Source of the DNA: Clostridiaceae bacterium
GTDB taxonomy: Bacteria > Bacillota > Clostridia > Saccharofermentanales > UBA5734
Length of the DNA: 36,506 nucleotides
Assembly: GCA_012519875.1 (NCBI GenBank)
Contig: JAAYPL010000079.1
Coordinates: forward strand, 1 to 36,506
Direction of reading: 5' to 3'
Under the pieces are notes generated by a model that searched no databases, was not told the origin of the DNA, and worked only from the letters and a program-made list of their open reading frames with translations. This document shows, one piece after another, positions 9,641 through 21,280 of the stretch; position 1 is the first letter of the stretch; each line of letters starts with the position of its first letter. The translations under genes were made by a program, and so were the position numbers.

Positions 9641-10930
9641 GTGGAAACAAAACAAATGGCCATGCACGCACGCCAAGCCGCTTACGAAATGGCAAACCTC
9701 GATGTCGGAATACGCAACGCCGCGCTGATGGGCATTGCTGATGCCTTGAATCAAAATGCCCAGGCCTTATTCGAGGCCAACCAGGCGGATCTTGTTCGCA
9801 GTCAGGCCGAGGGACTTGCGACGTCTTTGCTCAAACGGCTGAAGTTTGATCAGGGGAAATTATCCGAGGTGACCGGCGGACTGCACAGTCTGGTCGGCCT
9901 GCCCGACCCGATCGGGCGAACCCAGCTGGCCACTCGCCTTGATGATGGGCTTGAACTTTATCGTGTCAGCTGTCCGATCGGTGTGATCGGTGTGATTTTT
10001 GAATCCAGGCCGGATGCTTTGGTTCAGATTTCCGGCCTGGCGGTTAAAAGCGGCAACGCGATTTTGCTCAAGGGCGGATCCGAAGCGATGGAAACCAATC
10101 GATTGCTCGCGAAGATCATCAATGAAGCCGGTTGTCAGTTTGGCTTGCCGGACGGCTGGATCGGCCTGATGGAAACCCGCGAAGCGGTCGGTCAGCTGCT
10201 GGCCATGGACGATGAGGTCGACCTTCTGATTCCTCGAGGTTCGAATGAATTTGTCCGTTATATTATGGACAACACCAGAATACCTGTGCTTGGCCATGCC
10301 GATGGTGTTTGTCACCTCTACATTGATCATGCCTGTGATCCGGAGATGGCCATTGCCGTGGCCATGGACAGCAAGACGCAATATGTTGCTGTTTGTAATG
10401 CCGTCGAGACCATTTTGATCCACTCAAATCTAAGAAAGAAGCTGCTGCCGGACCTGGCCAGGGCTTTACGCGATGCCGATGTCCGGATCTACGGTTGTCG
10501 GCGCACTTGCGACGCAATCGGCTGCGGTTCCGTGTCCGACTGGCATACGGAATATCTTGATCACCAGGTTTCGATCAGGCTGGTTGATTCGACAGATGAG
10601 GCCATCGAGCATATCAACCGCTACGGATCCGGGCACACCGAAGCCATTGTTACGGCCGAAGAAGAGACCGCCAGGCATTTCCTGAGCCGTGTGGATTCCG
10701 GTAATGTATTCTGGAATTGCTCGACACGATTCAGCGATGGTTTCCGGTATGGTTTTGGAGCCGAAGTGGGCATCAGCACCAGCAAGATTCACGCCCGCGG
10801 CCCGGTAGGGTTGGACGGTCTGATGACTTATCAATATCGTCTCCTCGGTCAAGGGCAGATCGTTGGCGAATATGCCGGCGGGCAAAAAAAGTTTATTCAT
10901 GAGCCGATTGATCGGGACTATCCGCTATGA
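9641..10930 (+). CDS. proA: Glutamate-5-semialdehyde dehydrogenase (gamma-glutamyl phosphate reductase)
   Basis: 429-aa ORF with a GTG start 9 nt after GGAGGTGAT. IGVIFESRPDA, LLKGGSEA, LIPRGS, CNAVETILIH and HTEAIVT are ProA signatures. An ATG at 9656 is an alternative start. Confidence 0.92.
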   Translation: METKQMAMHARQAAYEMANLDVGIRNAALMGIADALNQNAQALFEANQADLVRSQAEGLATSLLKRLKFDQGKLSEVTGGLHSLVGLPDPIGRTQLATRLDDGLELYRVSCPIGVIGVIFESRPDALVQISGLAVKSGNAILLKGGSEAMETNRLLAKIINEAGCQFGLPDGWIGLMETREAVGQLLAMDDEVDLLIPRGSNEFVRYIMDNTRIPVLGHADGVCHLYIDHACDPEMAIAVAMDSKTQYVAVCNAVETILIHSNLRKKLLPDLARALRDADVRIYGCRRTCDAIGCGSVSDWHTEYLDHQVSIRLVDSTDEAIEHINRYGSGHTEAIVTAEEETARHFLSRVDSGNVFWNCSTRFSDGFRYGFGAEVGISTSKIHARGPVGLDGLMTYQYRLLGQGQIVGEYAGGQKKFIHEPIDRDYPL

Positions 10931-10999
10931 CAGTCCGGCAGATTTTGTGCTAGAATAATACGAGGCCTGCAATTTAAAAACGGGCCGGGAGGAAAACAA

Positions 11000-11485
11000 A
11001 TGCGCATCGCAATGGGTAGTGATCATGCCGGCTATCAGCTCAAGCGTCTGATTATGGATCACTTGCATAAGCAAGGGATTACATGTGAGGACTACGGGGC
11101 GCCGAACGGTATCGATGCAGCCAGCTATGTGCCTTTCGGTCAGGCCGTTGCCTGTGCTGTCATTTCCGGTACCGCTGATTACGGTATTGCGATCTGTGGT
11201 ACAGGTTTGGGGATCTCAATGACCACAAATAAATGTAAGGGCATCCGGGCGGCATTGTGCACCAACGAATATATGGCTCGTATGGCCAGGCAGCATAACA
11301 ATGCCAATGTTTTAGCGCTGGGCGCCCGTGTTGTCGGCCCGGCATTGGCCTGTTCGATTGTCGATGCTTTTTTGGCGGAAGCTTTTGAAGCCGGGGGCCG
11401 GCACCAGGTGCGCGTTGATGAAATGACCCGGCTTGAAGACCAGAATTTCAAAAATGACCCGGAGGCACAACATGAGCAAAGATAA
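11000..11485 (+). CDS. rpiB: Ribose-5-phosphate isomerase B
   Basis: 161-aa ORF with GGGAGG upstream. [15 protein letters not shown] and [17 protein letters not shown] are RpiB/LacAB motifs. Confidence 0.92.
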   Translation: MRIAMGSDHAGYQLKRLIMDHLHKQGITCEDYGAPNGIDAASYVPFGQAVACAVISGTADYGIAICGTGLGISMTTNKCKGIRAALCTNEYMARMARQHNNANVLALGARVVGPALACSIVDAFLAEAFEAGGRHQVRVDEMTRLEDQNFKNDPEAQHEQR

Positions 11486-12107
11486 TGTCTTCGTTTTCGA
11501 TCACCCACTGATTCAGCACAAGATTTCCCTGATGCGCGACAAGCGGACGACCACGAAGGAGTTCCGTGAACTGGTTTCCGAGGTGTCGATGTTGATGGCC
11601 TATGAGGTGACCCGTAATCTGCCGTTGAAGGAAATTGAGGTGGAAACGCCGATAGCCACTGCCAAAACACGGGTATTGGCAGGCAAAAAACTGGCCTTGC
11701 TTCCCATTTTGCGTGCCGGCCTGGGTATGGTCGACGGGATGCTTAATTTGTTGCCCATGGCAAAAGTCGGCCACATTGGCCTTTACCGTGATCCCAAAAC
11801 CCTTGAGCCGGTCGAATATTATTGCAAACTGCCGGAAGATGCCGAAGAACGCGACATTGTCATTCTGGATCCGATGCTGGCGACAGGAGGATCGGCGGCG
11901 GCGGCCATAACTTTTTTGAAAAGCAAGGGTATTCAGAACATTCAATTTATGTGTTTGATCGCCGCGCCGGAAGGTATTGAGCGTCTGCAGCGTGATCACC
12001 CGGATGTGCCGGTTTTTTGCGCGGCGCTGGATCAGCGGTTGAACGAACACGCATATATTGTGCCCGGTCTCGGCGATGCCGGCGACCGTCTCTTCGGAAC
12101 AAAATAG
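11472..12107 (+). CDS. upp: Uracil phosphoribosyltransferase
   Basis: The track ORF 11433..12107 is trimmed to the ATG at 11472, which follows GGAGG (11461..11465). [33 protein letters not shown] and [16 protein letters not shown] are Upp signatures. Product is 211 aa. Confidence 0.93.
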   Translation: MSKDNVFVFDHPLIQHKISLMRDKRTTTKEFRELVSEVSMLMAYEVTRNLPLKEIEVETPIATAKTRVLAGKKLALLPILRAGLGMVDGMLNLLPMAKVGHIGLYRDPKTLEPVEYYCKLPEDAEERDIVILDPMLATGGSAAAAITFLKSKGIQNIQFMCLIAAPEGIERLQRDHPDVPVFCAALDQRLNEHAYIVPGLGDAGDRLFGTK

Positions 12108-12266
12108 AAAAATTTAACCGACGGCTTTGCGCCAAGGCGAGGTGGACTGATCGGCTCATGGCGCTTGCGTTTGCGCCAAAAGAGGTGTATGGTTTTTTAA
12201 TGCCGGAAAAGGAGCCCGCCCGGCAGTTCCTTCAAGCCTCAGGCTTTATAGAAATGGTGATGGTAC

Positions 12267-13094
12267 ATGCCTTATCTCAGAGATTTTTTTACGGCATTCG
12301 GCGAAAAATTCATAGAAAAGATCAAACCGGGAGATATTGGCGGGGAGATTCTCAAAGCCATTGTTCCCTCGACGGTTTTCACGATTCAAATCGGCGCAGC
12401 GACGATTCGAATAACGGATGCAACGGTCGTGTCTTGGGGGGTTTTGGCTTTTATTCTGGCTCTGGCTTGGTGGATGGGAAGAAAACCGGAGCGGATTCCC
12501 GCTAAAAACCGTCAGGTGATAGCAGAAAGCCTGATCAACCTGTTGATGAATCTGTGTCAATCTTCCGGTATGTCCTATAAGCAGGCGGAGAAAGTAACCC
12601 CCTTTGTTGGTTCGATCGCCGTTTTCATTACGTTGACCAACGTGACCTCTTTTCTGCAAATTCCTCCTCCGGCAAAAAACCCGGCCTTTCCTGTCGCGCT
12701 GGCGCTTTTTACCATCCTCTATGTTGTGTTTACGTCCATCAGGATGGTGGGTCTCAAGGGTTTCTGGAGATCGTTGACCTATCCGAAACCATTGCTGTTG
12801 CCGTTCAAGGTTTTGGACTATTTCATCAAACCCATTTCGTTGTCCCTTCGTTTGTTCGGCAATGTCTTCGGCGCCTTTGTTTTGATGGAATTTATCTCGA
12901 TTGTCATTCCTGCGATTCTACCCGGCGTAATCGGCCTCTGGTTCGATCTGGCCGATGGCATTCTGCAAGGCGTTATTTTTTCTTATTTGACGGTGATTTA
13001 CATCGGTGAGGTTTTGGAAGGGGCCCATCTCTCGGCTGCCGAATCCGACGAGATCCCGGACAAAGCTTTATCTTCGGCACAAAAACCAATTTGA
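12267..13094 (+). CDS. atpB: F0F1 ATP synthase subunit a
   Basis: 275-aa polytopic ORF containing the conserved LSLRLFGN (essential Arg) motif. It is the first gene of the atp cluster. The exact start is uncertain. Confidence 0.88.
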   Translation: MPYLRDFFTAFGEKFIEKIKPGDIGGEILKAIVPSTVFTIQIGAATIRITDATVVSWGVLAFILALAWWMGRKPERIPAKNRQVIAESLINLLMNLCQSSGMSYKQAEKVTPFVGSIAVFITLTNVTSFLQIPPPAKNPAFPVALALFTILYVVFTSIRMVGLKGFWRSLTYPKPLLLPFKVLDYFIKPISLSLRLFGNVFGAFVLMEFISIVIPAILPGVIGLWFDLADGILQGVIFSYLTVIYIGEVLEGAHLSAAESDEIPDKALSSAQKPI

Positions 13095-13116
13095 CCACTC
13101 CAGGAGGAAACAGAAA

Positions 13117-13344
13117 ATGGACAAAGGATTAATCGCACTCAGTGCGGCACTTTCAATCGGTTTGGCGGCACTTGGCGCCGCCATCAGCATCGGTATTGCG
13201 ACCGCCAAGGCCGTTGACGCAACCGCCCGGCAGCCCGAAGTCTCCGGCAGGATTCAGACCGTATTGCTAACCGCAATTGTCTTTATCGAAGCCACGGCCA
13301 TTTATGCGCTGGTTGTCAGTCTGTTGCTTATTTTTGCATTCTGA
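13117..13344 (+). CDS. atpE: F0F1 ATP synthase subunit c
   Basis: The track ORF 13006..13344 is trimmed to the ATG at 13117, which follows AGGAGG (13102..13107). The 75-aa hairpin protein has the ARQPE loop and the ion-binding Glu in VFIEATAIYALV. Confidence 0.9.
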   Translation: MDKGLIALSAALSIGLAALGAAISIGIATAKAVDATARQPEVSGRIQTVLLTAIVFIEATAIYALVVSLLLIFAF

Positions 13345-13377
13345 TCCGATTGTAGATATGAGAAATGAGGGATTGCT

Positions 13378-13926
13378 ATGTTCGGACCGGAAGCAGTAGC
13401 AGGTTATGCCGTCGATGCGATCTTTGCCATTATCAACCTGTTGGTGGCTTATTTGATTTTGAAACGTTTTCTGTTCAAGCCTTTGCTTAAAATGTTGAGC
13501 AAGCGTAAAAATGAGATCCAATCGGATCTGGATCGGGCGGAAGAAAAACTGCACGAAGCCGATGCCCGGCTGTCTCTTGTCAACGAGAGATTGGAACAAT
13601 CCGGCCGGGAGGCGGCGGACTTGATTTCACATGCCCGTGCGCAAGCCGAAAAACAACGTGAAGATATTCTGGCCGAGGCCAATCAGGAAGCCAGCCGTCT
13701 CTTATCTCGTGCCGATACGGAGATCACGCGTATGCGAACCACGTTGCTCAACGATGTTCGGGATGAAATCGCGGATTTATCGGTCACAGTTGCCGCAAAA
13801 GTGATCGGCCGGACACTGGACGACGAGGGACAACTCGCGCTGGTCGGTCGCCTGCTTGACGAAAAATTGCCGGTGTCGTCGGTGGCAAAGGGCGGGCCGA
13901 ATCCGGATGAGGCAGGCCATGATTGA
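13378..13926 (+). CDS. atpF: F0F1 ATP synthase subunit b
   Basis: 182-aa ORF with one N-terminal TM helix followed by a long charged coiled-coil ([17 protein letters not shown]...). It sits between atpE and the delta/alpha ORF. Confidence 0.85.
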   Translation: MFGPEAVAGYAVDAIFAIINLLVAYLILKRFLFKPLLKMLSKRKNEIQSDLDRAEEKLHEADARLSLVNERLEQSGREAADLISHARAQAEKQREDILAEANQEASRLLSRADTEITRMRTTLLNDVRDEIADLSVTVAAKVIGRTLDDEGQLALVGRLLDEKLPVSSVAKGGPNPDEAGHD

Positions 13927-15671
13927 TCCGAAAAAACAATTGATCCGGCTGGTTACAGCGGTCAAGCTGGTTCCGGATAAAGAGTTCCTGATTGCGTCGC
14001 GGTTCGCCGAGCAGCATGGGATTGAAAGATTCGATGTGCAAGCCGATGTTGACCCGGAGCTTGTCGGCGGTATGGTCGTCTATGTCGACGGGTTGCGCTA
14101 TGACTACAGTATCCGCGGCCAATTAGACCGCATCGCCGGTCAGATGAAAAAGTCCAAAACCCAAGAGTCGTTCATTGACCAGCTGCGTCAGACTCTGGAT
14201 CACCTTGACAGCGGCGCGGCCATTGATGAGATCGGCACGGTTATTCAGGTCGGTGATGGCGTTGCCTACGTGAGCGGCATCGATAATTGCCGCAGCAGTG
14301 AGCTGCTTCTGTTTGGACAGAGCTCCTATGGCATTGCCATGAATCTCGAAACAGACCGGGTGGGTGTGGTTATCCTGCGGGAGGAGGAACCGATTCGCCA
14401 GGGCATGATTTGCAAGCGTACCGGTATGACCGTCTCTGTTCCGGTCGGAAAAGCGCTGCTGGGTCGGGTGGTTGATTCTCTCGGCAATCCGATTGACGGT
14501 CTGGGTCCGATTCTTGCGGACAACCGCCGACCGGTCGAAAGTCCGGCTGCCGGCATTGTCGACCGTCAGCCGGTGAATCAGCCGCTCCATACCGGTATTA
14601 CGGCCATCGATGCCCTGACGCCGATCGGCCGGGGACAGCGGGAATTGATTATCGGCGATCGTCAGACCGGAAAAACAGCGTTGGCCGTCGACGCAATCCT
14701 GAATCAGCACGATCAGGGCGTCTATTGCATCTACGTTGCTGTTGGACAAAAAATGTCAACCATTGCCAATGTGGTGAACATATTGCGCGCACATGGAGCG
14801 ATGGAGTATACAACCGTCGTTGTGGCCGGTGCCGGTTCGTCGGCTTCCCTGCAGTATTTGGCTCCCTATGCCGGCTGTGCCATGGCCGAAGAACTTATGT
14901 ATAACGAAAAAGCCGATGTTTTGATCATTTATGATGACCTGACCAAACACGCACAGGCTTATCGTGCTCTGTCCTTGTTGATGCGAAGGCCACCCGGACG
15001 GGAAGCCTTCCCCGGCGACGTTTTCTACATTCATTCACGCCTTCTGGAAAGAGCGGCTCTCCTTGCTCCGGAGCTGGGCGGCGGATCGATGACGGCACTG
15101 CCGATCGTCGAGACCCAAAGCGGTGATATCTCGGCCTATATCCCGACCAATGTGATTTCCATCACGGATGGTCAGATCTATCTGGAAACGGAACTTTTTT
15201 TTGCCGGCCAGCGCCCGGCCATCAATGTTGGCCTTTCGGTTTCCCGGGTCGGCGGCGCGGCACAAACCAAAGCCATGAAAAAAGTTGCCGGCCCCTTGCG
15301 GATTAATCTGGCCCAGTATCGCGAACTTGAATCCTTTGCTCAGTTTGGTTCGGATCTTGATGCCGAAACCCGGGCCCAGATCAAAAAGGGCGAGCACCTG
15401 AGCGAGATTCTGAAACAGCCTCAGTATACCCCGCTGCCGGTTGAAAACCAGACGGTCATGCTTTACCTGGCCAACAAGGGTGCGCTGATCTCCTTGGAAA
15501 AGGAAGACATCCGCAAATTTTTGGACGACTTGATCCGGCATATTCGCACCCATCGTCCGGAAGTGCTGCGAGCAATTGCCGAAACGGGTGAATTCACCGA
15601 TGAAACAGCCGGGATTTTGGATCGTATGACCGAAGACTTTTTACCGATCTGGTTAAGGGAACACGAGGACT

Positions 15672-15688
<17 letters not shown>
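13919..15688 (+). CDS. atpA: ATP synthase delta (C-terminal domain only) fused in frame to full-length alpha
   Basis: ATG at 13919, with GAGG 7 nt upstream, overlapping the atpF stop. Residues 1-75 (..[49 protein letters not shown]) match the C-terminal third of AtpH/OSCP. There is no stop before Met76 (14144), where a complete alpha begins (..[17 protein letters not shown].., Walker A GDRQTGKT). Product is 589 aa, against about 500 for a normal alpha. Confidence 0.85.
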
Positions 15689-18025
<2,337 letters not shown>

Positions 18026-18028
18026 CCT

Positions 18029-18469
18029 ATGGCTGGTTCCGACCGCAAAAAATTCCGTGTTGAAATCATTACCCCCTATCGGATTTTCTTTGATAGCGTG
18101 GTCGAAATGGCTGTGATTACCTGCCAGGACGGCGAAATTGGTGTATTGCCGGGACATGCGCCATTGGTTGCTGCGTTGGTTCCGGGTGAAATCCGCCTTA
18201 AAATCGACGACAAATGGCTGGTGGCATCTGCTACAAAAGGATATGCGGAAATCGGTCCGGAGGCAATGATGATTGTTGTCAATGCTGCTGAGTGGCCGGA
18301 AGAAATCGACGTTCGTCGAGCCAAGCAAGCGCTTGCCCGGGCTGAGGCCCGGATACGCTCCCCGCGAATAACACCTCAAGCCGCCGAACGCTCCCGCGAG
18401 GGACGCGAGAGGGCCAAGGTCAGACTTCATGTTGCCGTTGAACACGGTTCGACAGATAGGATCGGCTAG
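18029..18469 (+). CDS. atpC: F0F1 ATP synthase subunit epsilon
   Basis: 146-aa ORF directly after atpD. The GVLPGHAPLVAAL motif and the C-terminal helical ARAEARI region are typical of epsilon. Confidence 0.88.
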   Translation: MAGSDRKKFRVEIITPYRIFFDSVVEMAVITCQDGEIGVLPGHAPLVAALVPGEIRLKIDDKWLVASATKGYAEIGPEAMMIVVNAAEWPEEIDVRRAKQALARAEARIRSPRITPQAAERSREGRERAKVRLHVAVEHGSTDRIG

Positions 18470-19542
18470 TCAACCTGGAAGTAAAAAGCCTGATCGGCAA
18501 ACTGAACAATACAACGTTCCGGCATCAACACCTCAGTGTTTTTCAGCAATCGCTGATCATCCAGTCGAGTTCCGTTGCGGGAGCCCAAATCGGTAATGAA
18601 AAATGAGCCGGACCGACGTACGATGCGTGCGTGCTGCCGTCCGATCCCCGGTTGCGTTAAACGCAAATCGCAGGTTTTGATATCTCTGCCAATGACAAAT
18701 TCATCCGTCAGCAAGAAAGCCCGTAAACCTTCATTTTCTGCCGGCGTCCCCGGCTGCCCTTCAGAAAGCAAGGCAATCCGATAGTCGTCGGGGTTTGCGG
18801 CCAGCAAAACGGTTTGATTGTCAGATGTTTCCGGCGGCGATTGCTTCTCATCAATCAGCCAGGTCCATGCGGCCTTTAGGCCATAAGCCAGTTTTTCTCC
18901 AACCGTGGCTGCGGCCTTACCGAGCAGGCCCCTCAAGCCGGACACTCTTTTTTTGTTCTTATCCTTTTGCCTATCGGGTTCTTGCTTGTCAACAAGAAAA
19001 AAGCTTTGCAAAGCCGGCAGTCCCCCCGTTGTGTAAAGGTCGGATATTGTCACAATGATCTCAGAAGGAAGCCCCATATCCTGAGCCAGAAGAGCGATCT
19101 TTTCGCTTGGATGCCGGGAGAATGATTTGCTGCCGGACCGGATCGGCAAGAATATCAATTGAAGCGAGTCAGGTGCGCAGGTCTTCCGACTTAAAAAAAT
19201 GAACTTACTGTCCAAAACGAATTGCCCGGCAGGCAGCAAGCGATCGTCTGAATCAATCAGAATAGAAACCATCCGGGCAAGAATTGCCAAGGCCTTGCCC
19301 CTCTCTATTTGCGTGGTTTTTATAATCTGCTCCAGTTCAATGACCTCGGATATATCCCAGCAGACCTCACAAGTGCTCTTGCGACTGCGGATGCCGCATG
19401 CCAGTAATCCGGGTGGCCGGTGGCGCAGGAGGAGATGCAGCTGGTATTGTACGATGTATTCATCTTGAGCCAGAGGTCGAATCAAATGACTGGCAAAGGA
19501 ATCGGTTTCCTTGTGCAAGGCGATGTCCATGGTTGTATTCAT
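18466..19542 (-). CDS. FHA-domain protein with an uncharacterised N-terminal domain (last gene of the Tad-like operon)
   Basis: 358-aa ORF. The C-terminal 90 aa are FHA-like: FVIGRD..., GRQHARI, ITDLGSRNGTRLDD. The N-terminal ~190 aa resemble the domain found in clostridial Tad-associated FHA proteins (DUF6382-like, from memory). A Lys-rich linker follows. Confidence 0.8.
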   Translation of the reverse strand: MNTTMDIALHKETDSFASHLIRPLAQDEYIVQYQLHLLLRHRPPGLLACGIRSRKSTCEVCWDISEVIELEQIIKTTQIERGKALAILARMVSILIDSDDRLLPAGQFVLDSKFIFLSRKTCAPDSLQLIFLPIRSGSKSFSRHPSEKIALLAQDMGLPSEIIVTISDLYTTGGLPALQSFFLVDKQEPDRQKDKNKKRVSGLRGLLGKAAATVGEKLAYGLKAAWTWLIDEKQSPPETSDNQTVLLAANPDDYRIALLSEGQPGTPAENEGLRAFLLTDEFVIGRDIKTCDLRLTQPGIGRQHARIVRRSGSFFITDLGSRNGTRLDDQRLLKNTEVLMPERCIVQFADQAFYFQVD

Positions 19543-19544
19543 GG

Positions 19545-19721
19545 TTATCGGTTTTGGTCGGAACGCAGGTCGTCGAGGACATGATCTTCGTTGAATACGA
19601 TGCCCATCATATTTCGGGCGTAGGCGGTAATCGATTCTCTGAATATCAACGCAACGGTCAGCAGAACAGCGATGATAATAACGACCTCAAGAGTACCGAT
19701 CCCTCGTTTTGATTTCTTCAT
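19545..19721 (-). CDS. Flp-family type IVb pilin-like protein
   Basis: The track ORF 19545..19739 starts at a TTG. It is trimmed to the ATG at 19721, which sits 9 nt after GGGAG. The 58-aa product is MKKSKRGIG/TLEVVIIIAVLLTVALIF: a short basic leader, Gly, an early Glu, then a hydrophobic helix. It lies 14 nt downstream of the tadBC-like gene. Confidence 0.65.
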   Translation of the reverse strand: MKKSKRGIGTLEVVIIIAVLLTVALIFRESITAYARNMMGIVFNEDHVLDDLRSDQNR

Positions 19722-19735
19722 TATTGATTCTCCCT

Positions 19736-21280
19736 TCAAAATTTTTGAATCATTTGGATAGCCGGCAACAGGACCGTCAGCATAACCGCCGTCAGATCCA
19801 GCGTCATCGGAATCAGCAAGCGCAGCATAGCCAATTCCGTTTTTTTTCTGAGAGCCTGGTGGTGCAATGCCCAGCAGGCATCCACTTGTATTTGCAGAAT
19901 TTGCAAATTTTCCGGGCCGCCGTCACAGCCGTATCTTGCCATCATGCCCAGTGCCGATTGAATTTGCGGGGAGAGGTTTCCGGAGGACATTTCCTCCAGT
20001 GCCGTGGATGCCGTTACCCCGGCCGCAATCCTGCGTTTGAATTGGCTCAAGTCGGCACAGAGGGTGTCATTGATCAACTGATGGGGGAGGCTGTCAATAG
20101 TGATGGCCATGGCCTGATGGAGGGATAATCCGGCATGCAGCAGAGCCAAAGCGATGTTCAAAAAAATAGGATAAACAAACTGATCTTCCAATGTACGCCG
20201 CTTGACTCTGGATAATAATTGACGATCTTGGATGATGGCGAAGGCTACCGGAAACAGGGCGGCCGGCAGAACCCATTTAGGGTGAAAAAACATGGCAGCA
20301 AGGACGGGCAGGAAGCCGACAGCCATACATGTTTTTTTGGTTTTAAAATATTGTCGGGTCAACTGATCCGCGGTTTGTTCTGTTGAACGAGAATCAACTT
20401 CAATGGCTCGGAACAGTGTTGTACACATTCGTTTGGGGATAAGCCGGCGATACAATCTCAACAACGTTCTGTCAATCCGGCTCTGGGGTTGCGTTTTTCC
20501 TGCCGATGGCCGGCGGGCTTTTCGGCTGATTGATCCATGATTCAAGGACAATACATTGACGACCAGAATGACAGCCAGAACAGAAAGACTCCAGGCGACA
20601 ATCAGACCGGGTTGCAATCCTTGTGCCGCGCCGGTATTTTCCGTGGCAAACTGCTCCGATTGCCGGAGGAAAAAGGCCATGGCAAAGGGCATCAAAGATA
20701 GAATGATTGCTTCTGTTCGTCGCTGAGCATGGTCGGCATCCAGTTCGTTTTGGAGAATCAGTTGACGGGAAGCCAACCGGTGATTGCTTTGTAAAAACCG
20801 ATAGGTATCGCAACCTGCCCGATTCAGAATCGGCAGGATTCTGAAAGCAGCCCGGGCTTCAGGGAGTGGCAATCTGGTTTCCAAATCAAATAATAAATTA
20901 TCGAAAGGATGCTTGCTTTCGAGAAGGGCAGCGATCCGGTGCAATGAGATTGACAAATCTGTTTTTTCGCCAGCTTGCCGGCTCATGCCGGCCGGCGCAT
21001 CCATAAAAGCTCGCTCTAATGTCCAGCCGGCCGACAGACGTGATAAAAGATGCTCAAGCAGTCCACGATACTGTTCGCGACAATGGAGCAAATGCCGGCT
21101 TTTAAACCACCGGCGTGCGCCTCGGATTAATAGTAAGGCCGCCGAAAAGCTGGCGATTGTTCTTGGCAGCAATGGTGCGATAAAAAGTCCTGTCGCCAGC
21201 CAGGCTCCTGTCAGAATCAAACCGGCGAGACAGAAGATTTTTGCAAGGCTTTGTTCCGATCGTACGATTCGTTTTTGCAT
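19736..21280 (-). CDS. Fused TadB/TadC-like platform protein (two type II secretion system F-family halves)
   Basis: The start is set at the ATG at 21280, which follows AGGAGGG (21289..21295 on +). The 514-aa polytopic product has two halves, each with cytoplasmic helical segments flanked by TM helices. The C-terminal half (..LSPQIQSALGMMARYG..) is TadC-like. It overlaps the cpaF 3' end by 64 nt. Confidence 0.72.
   Translation of the reverse strand: MQKRIVRSEQSLAKIFCLAGLILTGAWLATGLFIAPLLPRTIASFSAALLLIRGARRWFKSRHLLHCREQYRGLLEHLLSRLSAGWTLERAFMDAPAGMSRQAGEKTDLSISLHRIAALLESKHPFDNLLFDLETRLPLPEARAAFRILPILNRAGCDTYRFLQSNHRLASRQLILQNELDADHAQRRTEAIILSLMPFAMAFFLRQSEQFATENTGAAQGLQPGLIVAWSLSVLAVILVVNVLSLNHGSISRKARRPSAGKTQPQSRIDRTLLRLYRRLIPKRMCTTLFRAIEVDSRSTEQTADQLTRQYFKTKKTCMAVGFLPVLAAMFFHPKWVLPAALFPVAFAIIQDRQLLSRVKRRTLEDQFVYPIFLNIALALLHAGLSLHQAMAITIDSLPHQLINDTLCADLSQFKRRIAAGVTASTALEEMSSGNLSPQIQSALGMMARYGCDGGPENLQILQIQVDACWALHHQALRKKTELAMLRLLIPMTLDLTAVMLTVLLPAIQMIQKF

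Noticed and set aside
12108-12266. An atpI or other small gene in the upp-atpB spacer (track ORF 12017..12505).
   Set aside because: The ORF is Arg/Cys-rich, overlaps the upp 3' end and the atpB 5' end, and has no hydrophobic AtpI-like segments. The spacer holds only short imperfect hairpins and a TTTGCGCCAA direct repeat (12126.. and 12168..) of unclear meaning.
13117-13344. A possible Na+-binding signature in the c subunit (Gln in ARQPE; Glu, Thr and Tyr in IEATAIY).
   Set aside because: The residue right after the carboxylate is Ala rather than the Ser/Thr that supplies a Na+ ligand in the characterised Na+ c-rings (..ESTxIY..). The motif is therefore incomplete and H+ coupling is the default reading. 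This is not decidable from sequence alone.
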